Shown here: piece by piece, positions 49,680-61,245 of the stretch
How positions within the stretch are numbered: the first letter of the stretch is position 1
How the letters are laid out: each line of letters opens with the position of its first letter
Made by a program: the position numbers and the translations under genes
Notes under the pieces: model-generated
Databases searched by the model: none
Told to the model about the DNA's origin: nothing
Seen by the model: only the letters and a program-made list of their open reading frames with translations
Source: Octopus sinensis
Lineage: Eukaryota
Assembly: GCF_006345805.1 (NCBI RefSeq)
Contig: NC_042997.1
Coordinates: 201,686,001-201,750,000, forward strand
Direction: 5' to 3'
DNA length: 64,000 nt

Positions 49680-50318
49680 GATTGTGTCTGGGGAGAGTCA
49701 TTTTCTTTTTGTGCCTTATAATGTAACACACTCACCGGTAAAATTTCTACTTTTTTTCTTATTTTTATTTTTCTAAAGTTTTTTCGTTGTTTCTTGCAAC
49801 TCTTCAGTGTGTTACATTATAAGGCGTGGAGGCGCAATGGCCCAGTGGTTAGGGCAGCGGACTCGCGGTCATAGGATCGCGGTTTCGATTCCCAGACCGG
49901 GCGTTGTGAGTGTTTATTGAGCGAAAGCACCTAAAGCTCCACGAGGCTCCGGCAGGGGATGGTGGTGATCCCTGCTGTACTCTTTTACCACAACTTTCTC
50001 TCACTCTTACTTCCTGTTTCTGTTGTACCTGTATTTCAAAGGGCCGGCCTTGTCACTCTCTGTGTCACGCTGAATATCCCCGAGAACTACGTTAAGGGTA
50101 CACGTGTCTGTGGAGTGCTCAGCCACTTACACGTTAATTTCACGAGCAGGCTGTTCCGTTGATTCGGATCAACAGGAACCCTCATCGTCGTAACCGACGG
50201 AGTGCTTCCATCCACATTATAAGGCACGAAAAGAAAATGACTCTCCCCAGACACAATATGCTTCAACACACGAAATCATATAAAGAATCTTGCAAGCCAA
50301 ATCCCAAAACGAAATATA
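49680..50318. mobile_element. Foldback element family E with a nested SINE C
   Basis: Arms ATTGTGTCTGGGGAGAGTCATTTTC / GAAAATGACTCTCCCCAGACACAAT. Confidence 0.75.
49826..50213 (+). mobile_element. SINE family C (C1/T1), full length with 12-bp TSD
   Basis: TSD ACATTATAAGGC at 49814-49825 and 50214-50225. Confidence 0.9.
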
Positions 50319-50536
50319 TACTGAATTTTATTAAAAGGAATTTGATCTTGCAGAGCCTAGGAAATTTTTGACAGAACTTAGTATGAGAAACCCTAATGTA
50401 ATTTATTTTAATCTCGAAAGCTTTCCAAACCCATCGTGACAACAGTACTTCAACTAACTCTTCAATTTTCAACAGGAATAATAGCGATTTTACAGATTGA
50501 AGTTTGTTATTGCGTAGTCGCTAACCGATAGTTGAA

Positions 50537-51080
50537 TGGCACTCCGTCGGTTGCGACGACGAAGGTTCCAGATGATCCAATCAACGGTTGTGAAATTAAC
50601 GTTCAAGTAGCTGAGCACTTCCCAGACACGCGAACCCTTAACTCAGTTCTCAGGGAGATTGAGTGTAACACAGAATGTGACAAGGATGGCCCTTTGAATT
50701 ACAGGTACAATTCATTTTTGAAGGGCGGCGAGCTGGCAGAATCATTAGCACGTTGGCCGAAATACTTAACGGTATTTCGTCTACCGCTACGTTCTGAGAT
50801 CAAATTCCGCCGAGGTCGACTTTGCCTTTCATCCTTTCGGGGTCGATTAAATATGTACCAGTTACGCACTGGGATCGATGTAATCGACTTAATCCGTTTG
50901 TCTGTCCTTGTTTGTCCTTTCTGTATTAAGCCCCTTGTGGGTAGTAAAGAAATAGGTACAATTCACTTTTGCCAGCTGAATGGACTCGAGTAACATGAAA
51001 TAAAGAGCCTCCGGGAATCGAACTCATGGCCTCACGATCGTGAGCCAAATATTCTGACCGCTAAGCTATGCACCTTCACA
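50537..51080 (-). mobile_element. SINE family C (C2/T1) with a nested antisense SINE A (50721-50953)
   Basis: 18-bp TSD AGGTACAATTCA(T/C)TTTTG at 50703-50720 and 50954-50971. Confidence 0.85.
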
Positions 51081-51575
51081 ACAGCAGATACAGTTAGATG
51101 ACATAACTCAAAGAGAATGTATCTCCAAAAGTTACCAAATCTCTACTCGTTAAGATGTGCAGCTTCCATTTTTGTGTAAATCTCTCTCAACGCCATTGAA
51201 GCTCATCCAAGGTCGCCAGGTTGGGCCATTACAGTTTGGCACCAGCGTCGTAGCAGGCATTGGTAACAGAATGCAATTAGCCGAAACAGATACTACAAAC
51301 TATCAGTACTGGCCATGTAACACTTCCTTCTGTCAACCCACCTCCCTAGACAGAAACCTTTTATTTTTATCAACCTCGAAATGATAAAAGGCAAATCTGA
51401 CCTGGGCGGGAATTGAACTCAAATACTGTCATGGTATGCTTCAACGACTCTGTCAGTTTGCCTCCTTTGTTCAAATATGCCCTTTTTCCAAAAAAAAAAA
51501 AACACTCGGATCTGATTTGAGGGATATTTATCTATTATTTCTAGTACGGTGATCGACCATATTATGACATCGTTA

Positions 51576-51651
<76 letters not shown>

Positions 51652-51703
51652 TCTGTGCTTAATAGTAATTCTAGGTATTGAGTACTACTATCTAAATTGA
51701 TGA

Positions 51704-51803
51704 NNNNNNNNNNNNNNNNNNNNNNNNNNNNNNNNNNNNNNNNNNNNNNNNNNNNNNNNNNNNNNNNNNNNNNNNNNNNNNNNNNNNNNNNNNNNNNNNN
51801 NNN
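51704..51803. other. Assembly gap (100 N)
   Basis: Run of N; true size unknown. Confidence 1.
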
Positions 51804-52143
51804 AACACAGACACACAAATACATACATACATACATACATACATACATACTACATACATACACACACATATGTGTGTGTGTGTGTATAGTAAATCCAAAA
51901 ACAAAAACGAACAAACACAAAAAAAAACAGCAACGTGAGGATGTGGTACTTCTAAAGTACTAGCAAACGCATATATGTACGACGGGCTTCTTTCAGTTTC
52001 TGTCTACGAAATCCACTCACAAGGCTTTGGTCGGCCCGAGGCTATAGTAGAAGACACTTGCCAAAGGTACCATGCAGTAGGATTGAACCCGGAACCATGT
52101 GATTGAGAAGCAAACTTCTTACCATACAGCCACTCCTGCACCT
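51804..52143 (-). mobile_element. SINE family B 5' part with a PLE-like end fragment (51890-51970) in its microsatellite
   Basis: Family B head as reverse complement; the insert CAACGTGAGGATGTGGTAC matches the reverse complement of 61052-61072. Confidence 0.7.
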
Positions 52144-52466
52144 ACATTGTTTTTATTTTTTTATTTTTCCATGATGCCTAAGCACAAGAAACGGTTAATA
52201 CTTTAACCTGTATAGAAAAATTATGCTGGCTGTCTTTATATTTATCGCTCTCCCTAGGTAATAGCATAAATTATGTTAATAACAAAGTATTAAACTATGA
52301 TAATAGTTTCTTTTCTAAAGTGCACAGATGGCAGCTATTCACTTCTTTTTCATATATATAATCACCTATCTTTAAGGATGCACAATATGGCTTGCTCTCA
52401 GCAACGAACTTGTCCTATCACAACCAATGACTCATCACCCTTGTTTCTTCTTTGCATTGCTCGCTA

Positions 52467-52499
<33 letters not shown>

Positions 52500-52649
52500 C
52501 CCTCTCTCTCTCTCTCTCTCGATAGCATCTGTTATCACTTCTCAGAATAAAAGCAGCGATGGAATTTTTGAAACCGACCTAATTCATGTTTACACTATGA
52601 TTTATTACTTTTCTTTATTCTCCTTTGAAGATACTTTCTGATTAAAAGG

Positions 52650-53200
52650 GGGCCTTACAAACGTTCCTTTTATGAGAAAGAAATTAAGCCTGAGATTAAT
52701 TGGATGTAGTCTTTCTTATTTATTTTTGGAAGCTGTACTAATATTTGATTTGTATTGATTTCCCTCAAGGCAATTCTTGAAAGGTTCACGTTTTGTTGGT
52801 GCTAACTACTTGGTTAGAAGAAAGGCTGAAGAGATGTTCACTGGAATTTCACTCGTTTTTCTTGCTATCACTTAAAGATAGCCAGATGCGGTGTATCTTA
52901 GACCATTGCGTCTTGGGCTTTCAAGTCTACGTCGCTAAACTACAGCCAAAAAGAAGCTAAATTTTGCCCCAGCAAATTAATACAAATCATTTATCAATTA
53001 CTAATGAGTTCACGGCAAGCAGTGATAAACTACCTTTTTCATGTTACTACCTAGTTTAGTAACATGCAATGGAGCTATCAAGAGATGTGTTTTCCCCTGC
53101 GTTGATTGTACAATCAGTGACTTCTTTAGCTGTTAGACTGACACCTCTGTCGATTGGCCAGTTACGACTGAAGTATGAACTTTCAGGATAACAATCTGAA
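52650..53200 (-). pseudogene. Possible highly decayed CR1/L2-like LINE RT fragment
   Basis: Scattered RGVSLT, DLKAQD and LSDSKKRVK motifs in the expected order; very degenerate. Confidence 0.35.
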
Positions 53201-53433
53201 TATGTTTGCTATTAAATCACCACATGAAGGCCTCTGTAACATTAAACGGAGTTATATTTTCAACAGGCGTATTTGAAATATTACAAATTTCCTTGTGTCA
53301 AAAGTGGATTATAAAAATAGAATCATTTGTGGATGTTTTTGAAGCCGAAGATATTTTTAATCATTTAATCAGAAGAGTAAGAGCAGCGTCCATAAACTCA
53401 CTGCTGGGAGCAAAAAGTGAAATTTATCTGAGA

Positions 53434-53828
53434 CTAGCAGTATCGCCCGGCGTTGCTCGGGTTTGTTTTGACCCTTTAGAATTGGAATTTTTGAAAAGTA
53501 AAAATTTTACATTATGTAGCTTGTTCTTCTCTTTAAGTGAACAATTTTCTGGTTGAAATACACCGAAAAATGGCGACACAGCAGTCAAAAAATCGTAAAA
53601 AATAGGGATTTTCATAAAAATAAAGCACCTTTTTTTATGTAAATAACTTTTGGTGTTAACATGGTCCGATTTGAAATTTTTCTTATTCGGAAGGAAGAAC
53701 AAGCCTTCTTCTATCATACTCTCAATTTTGGTCAACTTGCGCCGCAGGGTCTCGGAGGAGATAGTGTTAGTTGAAGGCTACCAAACCTGCCATACACAGA
53801 CAACTTCAGCTTTATATAGAGAGAGAGA
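53434..53828 (-). mobile_element. Non-autonomous Helitron
   Basis: CTAG end plus CCCG..CGGG hairpin; reverse complement of 54060-54450. Confidence 0.85.
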
Positions 53829-54059
53829 ATAGAGGCTTGGCTTGAATTATTGCAACATTATTGCGGCCTCATCGTAGGGCACCTATGTATTACAATCTAA
53901 CCCACAGATGCCGTTAAGTAAGCACAGATAAGGAATAGAATCGAAGCCTATTGCCGGCTTAATAATATTAGATAAGAAGACGCGTAAATGGACAATAATG
54001 ACACCAACGTAATTGCTTACGGAAAACGAGTCGTGCGTCAAACAAACGACTGTAAAATT

Positions 54060-54450
54060 TCTCTATATATATAAAGCTGAAGTTGTCTGTGTATGGCAGG
54101 TTTGGTAGCATTCAACTAACACTATCTCCTCCGAGACCCTGTGGTGCAAGTTGACCAAAATTGAGAGTATGATAGAAGAGGGCTTGCTCTTTATTCCGCA
54201 GAAGATAAAATTCAAATCGGACCATATTAAGGTCAAAAATTATTTACACCAAAAAGGTTCCTTTTTTCAATGAAAATCCCTATTTTTTACGGTTTTTTTA
54301 CTGTTGTGACGCCATTTTTCGGTGTATTTCAACCAGAAAATGTTCACTTAAAGAGAATAACAAGCTACATAATGCAAATTTTTTACTTTTCAAAAATTCC
54401 AATTCTAAAGGGTCGAAACAAACCCGAGCAACGCCGGGCGATACTGCTAG
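54060..54450 (+). mobile_element. Non-autonomous Helitron
   Basis: 5' TCTCTATATATATAAAGCTGAAG, 3' CCCGAGCAACGCCGGGCGATACTGCTAG|T. Confidence 0.9.
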
Positions 54451-55171
54451 TATATTTTAAAAATCAAGAAAGAGACTTTATTTCATGCACTTTTCGTATG
54501 GACTTCCTTGTTCCTTGGCGCCTGTTTCACTCGGTTGGACCTCCATAACCATTTGACGTTTTTAAAATCCTGTTGTATTTTTGTAATCAAATATTAATTA
54601 GGAATTGTTTTTTTATAATTGTTAAAATATTTTATGTAATGTAAAAGTATAAGTAATTTAATGCACATACATTTTAACAACATATATGGACTCTCACTCA
54701 AGGGTCATATGGACACCCTTTGAAAACCACTGGGTTACATGATAGTGTTAAACAAGGCGACAGATTAATAACGGTTTAGTGAAATACAAGACATTAATAG
54801 TTCTTAAACAGACTAAAAGTAATCACATGAGAAAGACTCAAGTTTGAAGTCTTGTTTTGTAATATTGTAGTTACTTTGTGAAGTATGGAAAACAAGAAAG
54901 CCATTATTCCTTAACGTTATGGAATAATAATTTTGTATTTCACACAAAGATCCGCAGTAACATATTTAAGATATAAACGTTATCTAAAAAAAAAATGGTC
55001 TTTATATGCTTTCAAAGACATAAATTTCAGGCGTATCTTTATCTTTCACAATACCTGTTTAAGTATCGTGAAAGAAAAGTCTAAACTTTTAAACGTTTTA
55101 CAAATTCATTGTCATGTGAAACATCATCATCATCATCATCATCATCCTCATCATCCTCATCATCATCATCA

Positions 55172-55219
<48 letters not shown>

Positions 55220-55229
55220 GTGGCATGAA

Positions 55230-55637
55230 GGCGGCAAGCTGACAAAATCGTTAGAACGCCGCACAAAATGCTAAGCGGTGTTACTTTGGGCTTTACGTTC
55301 TGAGTTCAAATGCCACCAAAGTACCAGTGAAACACTGGGGTCGATATAATCGACTTATCTCCTCGCCCAAAATCGCTGTCGTATTTGTGGCAAAATTTGA
55401 GCTTTGCTTTCTGAGTTCAATTTTCACAGAGGTCGACTTTGCTTTTCATCCTTTCGGAGTCGATAAACTTAAGTACCAGTTGAGCAATGGGGTCGATGTA
55501 ATCGACTTGCTGGCCTTGTTATTAGCGGCATGTCTTTTGGCTGTTGGTTGCAAGTTCAAATACCGCCGTGGTTGACTTTGCTTATCATCCATTCGACTTA
55601 GCCCGTTTCACTTGCTGGCTTTGTACCAAAATTTGAA

Positions 55638-55640
<3 letters not shown>
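55230..55640 (+). mobile_element. Decayed SINE family A cluster
   Basis: Repeated GAGTTCAAA and GTCGACTTTGC motifs. Confidence 0.6.
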
Positions 55641-55713
<73 letters not shown>

Positions 55714-56007
55714 CTATATTAGGCACAAAACCAACGATAATATTGAGAAGGTTAGGTTGATATCAACGACCCCTTACTTGACCCCGAAAAGATTGAAAGG
55801 CAAAGCCGACTTCGGTGAGAGCCGGAATGAATACAGTGGGAAAATGCCGTCTGATATCTGTTCCGGCTTTTTATGTTCTGCGTTCAAATCCCACCGAAAT
55901 AAATTTTCTTTTTCGTTCATCTAGGACCGATAAAATTAACAGTGAAGTACAGGAGTCATATCGACAAAACCCCTCCCCTCAAATCTACTCGCCTTGTACC
56001 TTTATTA

Positions 56008-56073
<66 letters not shown>

Positions 56074-56082
56074 TATTATTAT

Positions 56083-56555
56083 TGAGTGAGAGAGCTGTGC
56101 ATACCATCAGAGCGACAGCGGGGTAAAATATACGAAGCCCAGTATACCCATCATGACTACCCGTCTGATAAGGGTACACCAGGCACATGCATCACAACCA
56201 TATATGTGCGAGATGGTGATCTCATATCAAGATAAACAGCGCATGACCTTGCAGGTGGGGCCCAGTTAGAATTTTCTTCTGATCAAGTAACCCATCCCAC
56301 TCAAAAGTTCCCTGAATAAGGGTTGTTTAAGGATGTTGAACGAAACACCCATGTTGCCCAGAAGCGAATTGTTCAAACCCCAAATAATTCCTCTCAACAT
56401 ATGGCTATGATGCTCCCCCATTACTTCTGCTCATGATCAAAGATGCACATATCGTCAGCCACGAAGAGACATGCTCAACTGGTTAAGGTCAAACAACTGA
56501 CAAGCAAATCTGTAGTATTGAGCTGAATATTTGCTGTAGCCCATCTTTTATACCA
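56083..56555 (-). mobile_element. Family D non-coding retroposon with (TAA)n tail
   Basis: Reverse complement of 22324-22784. Confidence 0.8.
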
Positions 56556-56879
56556 TTTTTCCATCTTTCATTATTATTATTGTTGTTATGAAGGCGATGA
56601 GCCAACAAAACCATTAGCTCACAGGGCAAAAGGATTAGCTGTATTTCCTCTGGTTTTACGCTGTGTGTTCAAATTCCGCCGCGGTCATTAGAATAAGTAC
56701 CAAGTCAAGCACTAGGGGTTACGTAATCGATTAACCCCTTCCCCCAAATTTCAAGTCGTGTTCCTATCGTAGAAAGAATCCTTATCACTGGTGTTATTAT
56801 TTGTAATTCTGTTAAGGCGATAACCTGGTAGAATCGTTAGCTTGCCAGGCGAAATACTTAGCGGCATTTCGACCGTCTT

Positions 56880-57091
56880 TACTCTCTTTTACTTGTTTCG
56901 GTCATTTGGCTGTGGCCATGCTGGAGCACCGCCTTTTTAGGCGAGCAAATCGACCCCCAGGACTTATTCTTTGTAAGCCTAGTACTTATTCTATCGGTCT
57001 CTTTGCCGAGCCGCTAAGTTACGGGGACGTAAACACACCAGCATCGGTGTTGTGGGGACAAACACAGACACACAAACATATACACACAAAT

Positions 57092-57148
<57 letters not shown>

Positions 57149-57330
57149 ACATATGTATATATACATTTATACGACGGGTTTCTTTCAGTTTCCGTCTACC
57201 AAATCCACTCACAAGGCTTTGGTCGGCCCGAGGCTATAGTAGAAGACACTTGCCCAAGGTGCCACGCAGTGGGACTGAACCCGGAACCATGTGGTTCGTA
57301 AGCAAGCGACTTACCACACAGCCAATCCTG
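56880..57330 (-). mobile_element. SINE family B nested in a SINE A (56815-57385)
   Basis: Family A head before it; the A body resumes at CGTTCTGAGTTC, 57331. Confidence 0.8.
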
Positions 57331-57457
57331 CGTTCTGAGTTCAAATACTGCCGAGGTCGACTTTGCTTTTCGTCCTTTCGGGGGGAGAAGTTTACGAATT
57401 CCAAACCTCCGCCACGTTAGAGACATGAAGTGGAACAGCTATTACCTATTACATAAC

Positions 57458-57830
57458 AGTGGAGGTGCAATGGCCCAGTGATTAGGGAGCGCACTCGCGG
57501 TCATAGAATCGCGGTTTCGATTCCCAGACCTGGCGTTGTGAGTGTTTATTGAGCGAAAATACCTAAAAAGCTCCACGATGTTCTGGCAGGGGGTGGTAGC
57601 TGTATTCTTTCACCACAACTTTCTCTCACTCTTTCTTCCTGTTTCTATTGTACTTGTACTTCAAAAGGGCAAACCATGTCACACACTGTGTCACGCTGAA
57701 TCTCCCCAAGAACTACATTAAGAGTACACGTGTCTGTGGAGTGCTCAGCCACTTACAAGTTAATTTCACGAGCACGCTGTCCCGCTGATCGGATCAACTG
57801 GAACCTTCATCGTCATAGCTAACGGAGTGC
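57458..57830 (+). mobile_element. SINE family C (C1/T1)
   Basis: Head and tail motifs. Confidence 0.8.
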
Positions 57831-57959
57831 CGTAGAAAAAGAAAAAAAAATACGTATCATATTGAACTTCCTAATATTAGCATAATCCTCATTTATATCT
57901 TCATGCTCGTCAGCTCAAGATAATCTTAAAAACATATAGCAACATCATTCCGTTACCTA

Positions 57960-58013
57960 GTTGAGCTGAGCTTAGCTGAGCTTAGCTGAGCTGAGCTGAG
58001 CTTAGCTGAGTTG
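57960..58013. repeat. (GAGCT/TAGCT)n pentamer repeat
   Basis: About 10 units. Confidence 0.9.
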
Positions 58014-58086
58014 ATTGGGGTGCCAAAGTAAAAGACCGAGCAGAAACTACATCGAGTGGAGTTGCGGAATAAGCGTCCCTACTTCA

Positions 58087-58373
58087 ATTGCAGCGTGGAA
58101 GGTGTTTATAAGCCATTTAAGAAAATTTAATGGTTTTTACCATTAGATTCACTTCAGCATTTAAGAATCTGCAGTACGGAGTTTTGTCAGGGAACAGGTC
58201 GTGGTCTCAAAGCGACGAAAATATTTTGACAAATTAGATTTAAATGTTGAAGTGAATCTAACGGTTTATGTGTGTTTCTTAAATGGCTTATAAACACCTT
58301 CCATGCTGCAATCGTTTTCGTTCCAGCACACGATCTCAGATCAGGTCACTTGCTATGCGAGTACATCTCCGTG
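58087..58373. mobile_element. Asymmetric foldback element flanked by a 9-bp direct repeat
   Basis: Arms 58087-58167 and 58240-58311; CCTACTTCA at 58078-58086 and 58376-58384. Confidence 0.6.
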
Positions 58374-58462
58374 TTCCTACTTCATGAAATAGAAAAATAA
58401 AGTTATAAAAGTGGAGATATCAAAATGTTACAAAAAATACAATAGAAGAAGAAACCTGATTT

Positions 58463-58668
58463 ATTCTTTTACTTGTTCAGGTCATTTTGACTGTGGCCAT
58501 GCTGGAGCACCGCCTTTTGGTCGAAGAAATCAACCCCCAGGGTTTATTCTTAGTAAGCCTGGTACTTATTCTATCGGTTTTCTTTTGCCGAACCGCTAAG
58601 TTACGTGGACGCAAACACACCAACATCGGTTGTCAAGCGATGGTAGAGGGACAAACACAGACACAAAC

Positions 58669-58736
<68 letters not shown>

Positions 58737-58905
58737 CGATAGATTATTTCTCTTTCATTTTCCGTCTATCAGATCCACTCACAAGCTTTGGTCGACCCGA
58801 AGCTGGCTATAGTTGAAGACATTTGCCTTAGGTGCCACGCAGTGCAGCTGAACTCGGGATCGTGTGGTTGGGAAACAAACTTCTTACACACAGCCACGCC
58901 TGCAC
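58463..58905 (-). mobile_element. SINE family B
   Basis: Family B motifs as reverse complement. Confidence 0.8.
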
Positions 58906-59051
58906 CTGATTTGTAGAAATTTTTTTCCGGATTCATTATTTCCGTTTTATGAATCAGGGATACTAAAACATGAAGTTTATATCACATCTCTTGTCTTTTC
59001 CTGTGATGGAAACACCTCCTTACATCGTGGTTTAATCTGTATATACTTTCT

Positions 59052-59261
59052 TTTACTCTTTTACTTGTTTCAGTCATTTGACTGTGGCCATGCTGGAGCA
59101 CCGACTTTAGTCGAGCAAATCGACCCCCGAGACTTATTCTTTGTAAGCCGAGTACTTATTCTATCGATCTCTTTTGCCGAACCGCTAAGTTACGTGTACG
59201 TAAACATACCAGCATCGGTTGTCAAGCAATGCTAGGGGGACAAACACAGACACACAAACAT

Positions 59262-59302
<41 letters not shown>

Positions 59303-59485
59303 ATATATATATACATATATACGACGGGCTTCTTTGAGTTTCCGTCTACCAAATCTACTCACAAGGCTTTGGTCGGCCCCAGGCTATAGTAGAAGACACT
59401 TGCCCAAGGTGCCACGCAATGAGACTGAACCTGGAACCATGTGGTTGGTAAGCAAGCTACTTACCACACAGCCACTCCTGCACCT
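59052..59485 (-). mobile_element. SINE family B
   Basis: Full copy. Confidence 0.85.
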
Positions 59486-59680
59486 AAGTTTTGTATATGA
59501 TTACAAAACTTTCATATTTCTAAATCACTACATTTTCCAGTTTTAATAAATTAAAACTTCGGTGCGTCGACCAACTTTAAAAAAAACATTTTCTTCTCTC
59601 TTCTTTGGATTTTTACTTATCACCTCTACTTTATATATAGAGAGAAAACAAAGTTATTTTATTCCATGCGGGTAGAAAAA

Positions 59681-59927
59681 TAGGAAAAATAGAAGTTAAA
59701 AATGCACTGAGAATAGTTAAAATATTTTTTTATTATTACAGTTAAAGATTTAATCGGTTTCACAGTTTACACTGATTCAGAAGCAAAGCAGCTGCGACAT
59801 AAGCCACGTCTTTCTATTTCAAATTTTTGAAAATTATTGTCAACTGTGAAACCGGTTAAATCTTTAAATATAATAATAAAAAATATTTTAACTATTCTCA
59901 GAGCATTTTCAACTTCTATTTTTCCTA
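59681..59927. mobile_element. MITE-like foldback with ~90-bp inverted arms
   Basis: 59681-59770 is the reverse complement of 59838-59927. Confidence 0.75.
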
Positions 59928-59929
59928 TA

Positions 59930-60371
59930 CTAGCAGCAGAGCCCGGCGTTGCCCGGGTATGTAAGAGCCCCTAGTAGGCAACGACTAATCCCAATCTAGT
60001 CCTTTCCCTCTAGGGAACGAAGGCGCATGTGTAGGTTGCAATGTCTTCTCTTCACTCGAATACTTCTGTGTATACGATGTTCCTAGCTGTCCCTTTGGGC
60101 GAAAACAGGAAAACATCATTGTGCCTCCCAACGCGTGAACAGCCCACGTACAGCCTAGAAAATGTGTTGCATATAAAAAGCTTAGATTCTCTACCCCATG
60201 TCGAATTTATCAATTTTTTCAGAACTGGGGGAACTTTTCAATATTTTCTCTGCGTTAGTTTTGAATTATGACATTGGGCTATGTGTGTGTCAAGTTTCAT
60301 CAGAATCGGTTGAAAGCCGTGGTCAGGGTGAGGGTACAACCTGACAGACACACAGACGACAAACTGCCGTT

Positions 60372-60380
<9 letters not shown>
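59930..60380 (-). mobile_element. Non-autonomous Helitron, different interior
   Basis: A|CTAGCAGCAGAGCCCGGCGTTGCCCGGG end; the 5' end merges into (TA)n after GACAGACACACAGAC. Confidence 0.8.
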
Positions 60381-60404
<24 letters not shown>

Positions 60405-60420
60405 TATATATATATAAGTA

Positions 60421-60597
60421 TAAACCAGTCCGTGCGTATCACTCAGGCTTACGAGGAAGGGATGGCCTCCCTTTGCAATACTTCAAGGGCACAGAAAGTG
60501 TGTCTAAAGCCAGCTGGAGACGATGATCTCCTGGGGCTAAAAAGCTACAGTAACACCCCCACTTTGTGGTTAGCCATATTGGGATGGCTTTTATACT
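60421..60597 (+). mobile_element. Diverged relative of the 353-nt retrozyme-like unit, in (TA)n
   Basis: Begins AAACCAG-TC-CGTGCG (hammerhead 3' half) and shares CTCCCTTTGCA, CCTGGGGCTAAA, CAGTAACACCCCCAC and TAGCCATATT..GATGGCT. Confidence 0.6.
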
Positions 60598-60609
60598 ATA
60601 TATATATAT

Positions 60610-60647
<38 letters not shown>

Positions 60648-60819
60648 CAACATTGAGGGCAAAATTAATTAATTATTAATCAATTTCACCAAGTGTTCAG
60701 TATGCAAAGGGACCATCCAAGGCGAATTCAAATTATTACATTATATAAAAGGGCTTAGTAAAATAAATTAGTAAATAATAATCAGTATGCGGCAAAGTAA
60801 TTTATTTTACTAAGCCCTT

Positions 60820-60897
<78 letters not shown>

Positions 60898-60899
60898 CA

Positions 60900-61106
60900 G
60901 AATATAACTACATGTGGATTGTTGGAGATTTTTTTCCTCCGCCTTCCTTTAGTCTTAGACTTTCCTCTGCCACCTGTTCTGACGAAGAGCTTTGCTCGAA
61001 ACGTAAAACAACCTTTTGTTCCTTCCCTGACCGTCTTTTAATACTTTGCATGTACCACGTCCTCGCGTTGTTGGGTTTTTTTCTCCGTTTTTTGGTGGGG
61101 ATTGAT
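60900..61106 (+). mobile_element. PLE-like pLTR fragment in (TA)n with a hammerhead
   Basis: (TA)n flanks; related to 29590-29760 and 51890-51970. Confidence 0.65.
60975..61010 (+). ncRNA. Minimal type I hammerhead ribozyme
   Basis: TGTT-CTGACGA-A-GAGC(TTT)GCTC-GAAA-CG-TA-AAACA; extra A after A9, loopless ACGU stem III, stem I slipped by one base. Confidence 0.65.
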
Positions 61107-61163
61107 TATATATATATATATATATATAATATATATTAATATATATATATGTGGTTGTGTGTG

Positions 61164-61194
<31 letters not shown>

Positions 61195-61245
61195 GTGTTG
61201 TGTGTGGTTGTGTGTGTTTGTGTGTGTTGTGTTGTGTGTGTGTGT

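Noticed and set aside
49735-49810. Minus-strand CTGAAGA-GTTG(CAAGAAA)CAAC-GAAA at the centre of foldback E
   Set aside because: Stem I would need an 8-nt bulge at the cleavage site, and the core appears to arise at a deletion junction absent from the 18810 copy.
49826-49900. tRNA-like sequences at SINE heads
   Set aside because: Box A and B are present, but there is no complete cloverleaf or acceptor stem and they continue into SINE bodies with TSDs.
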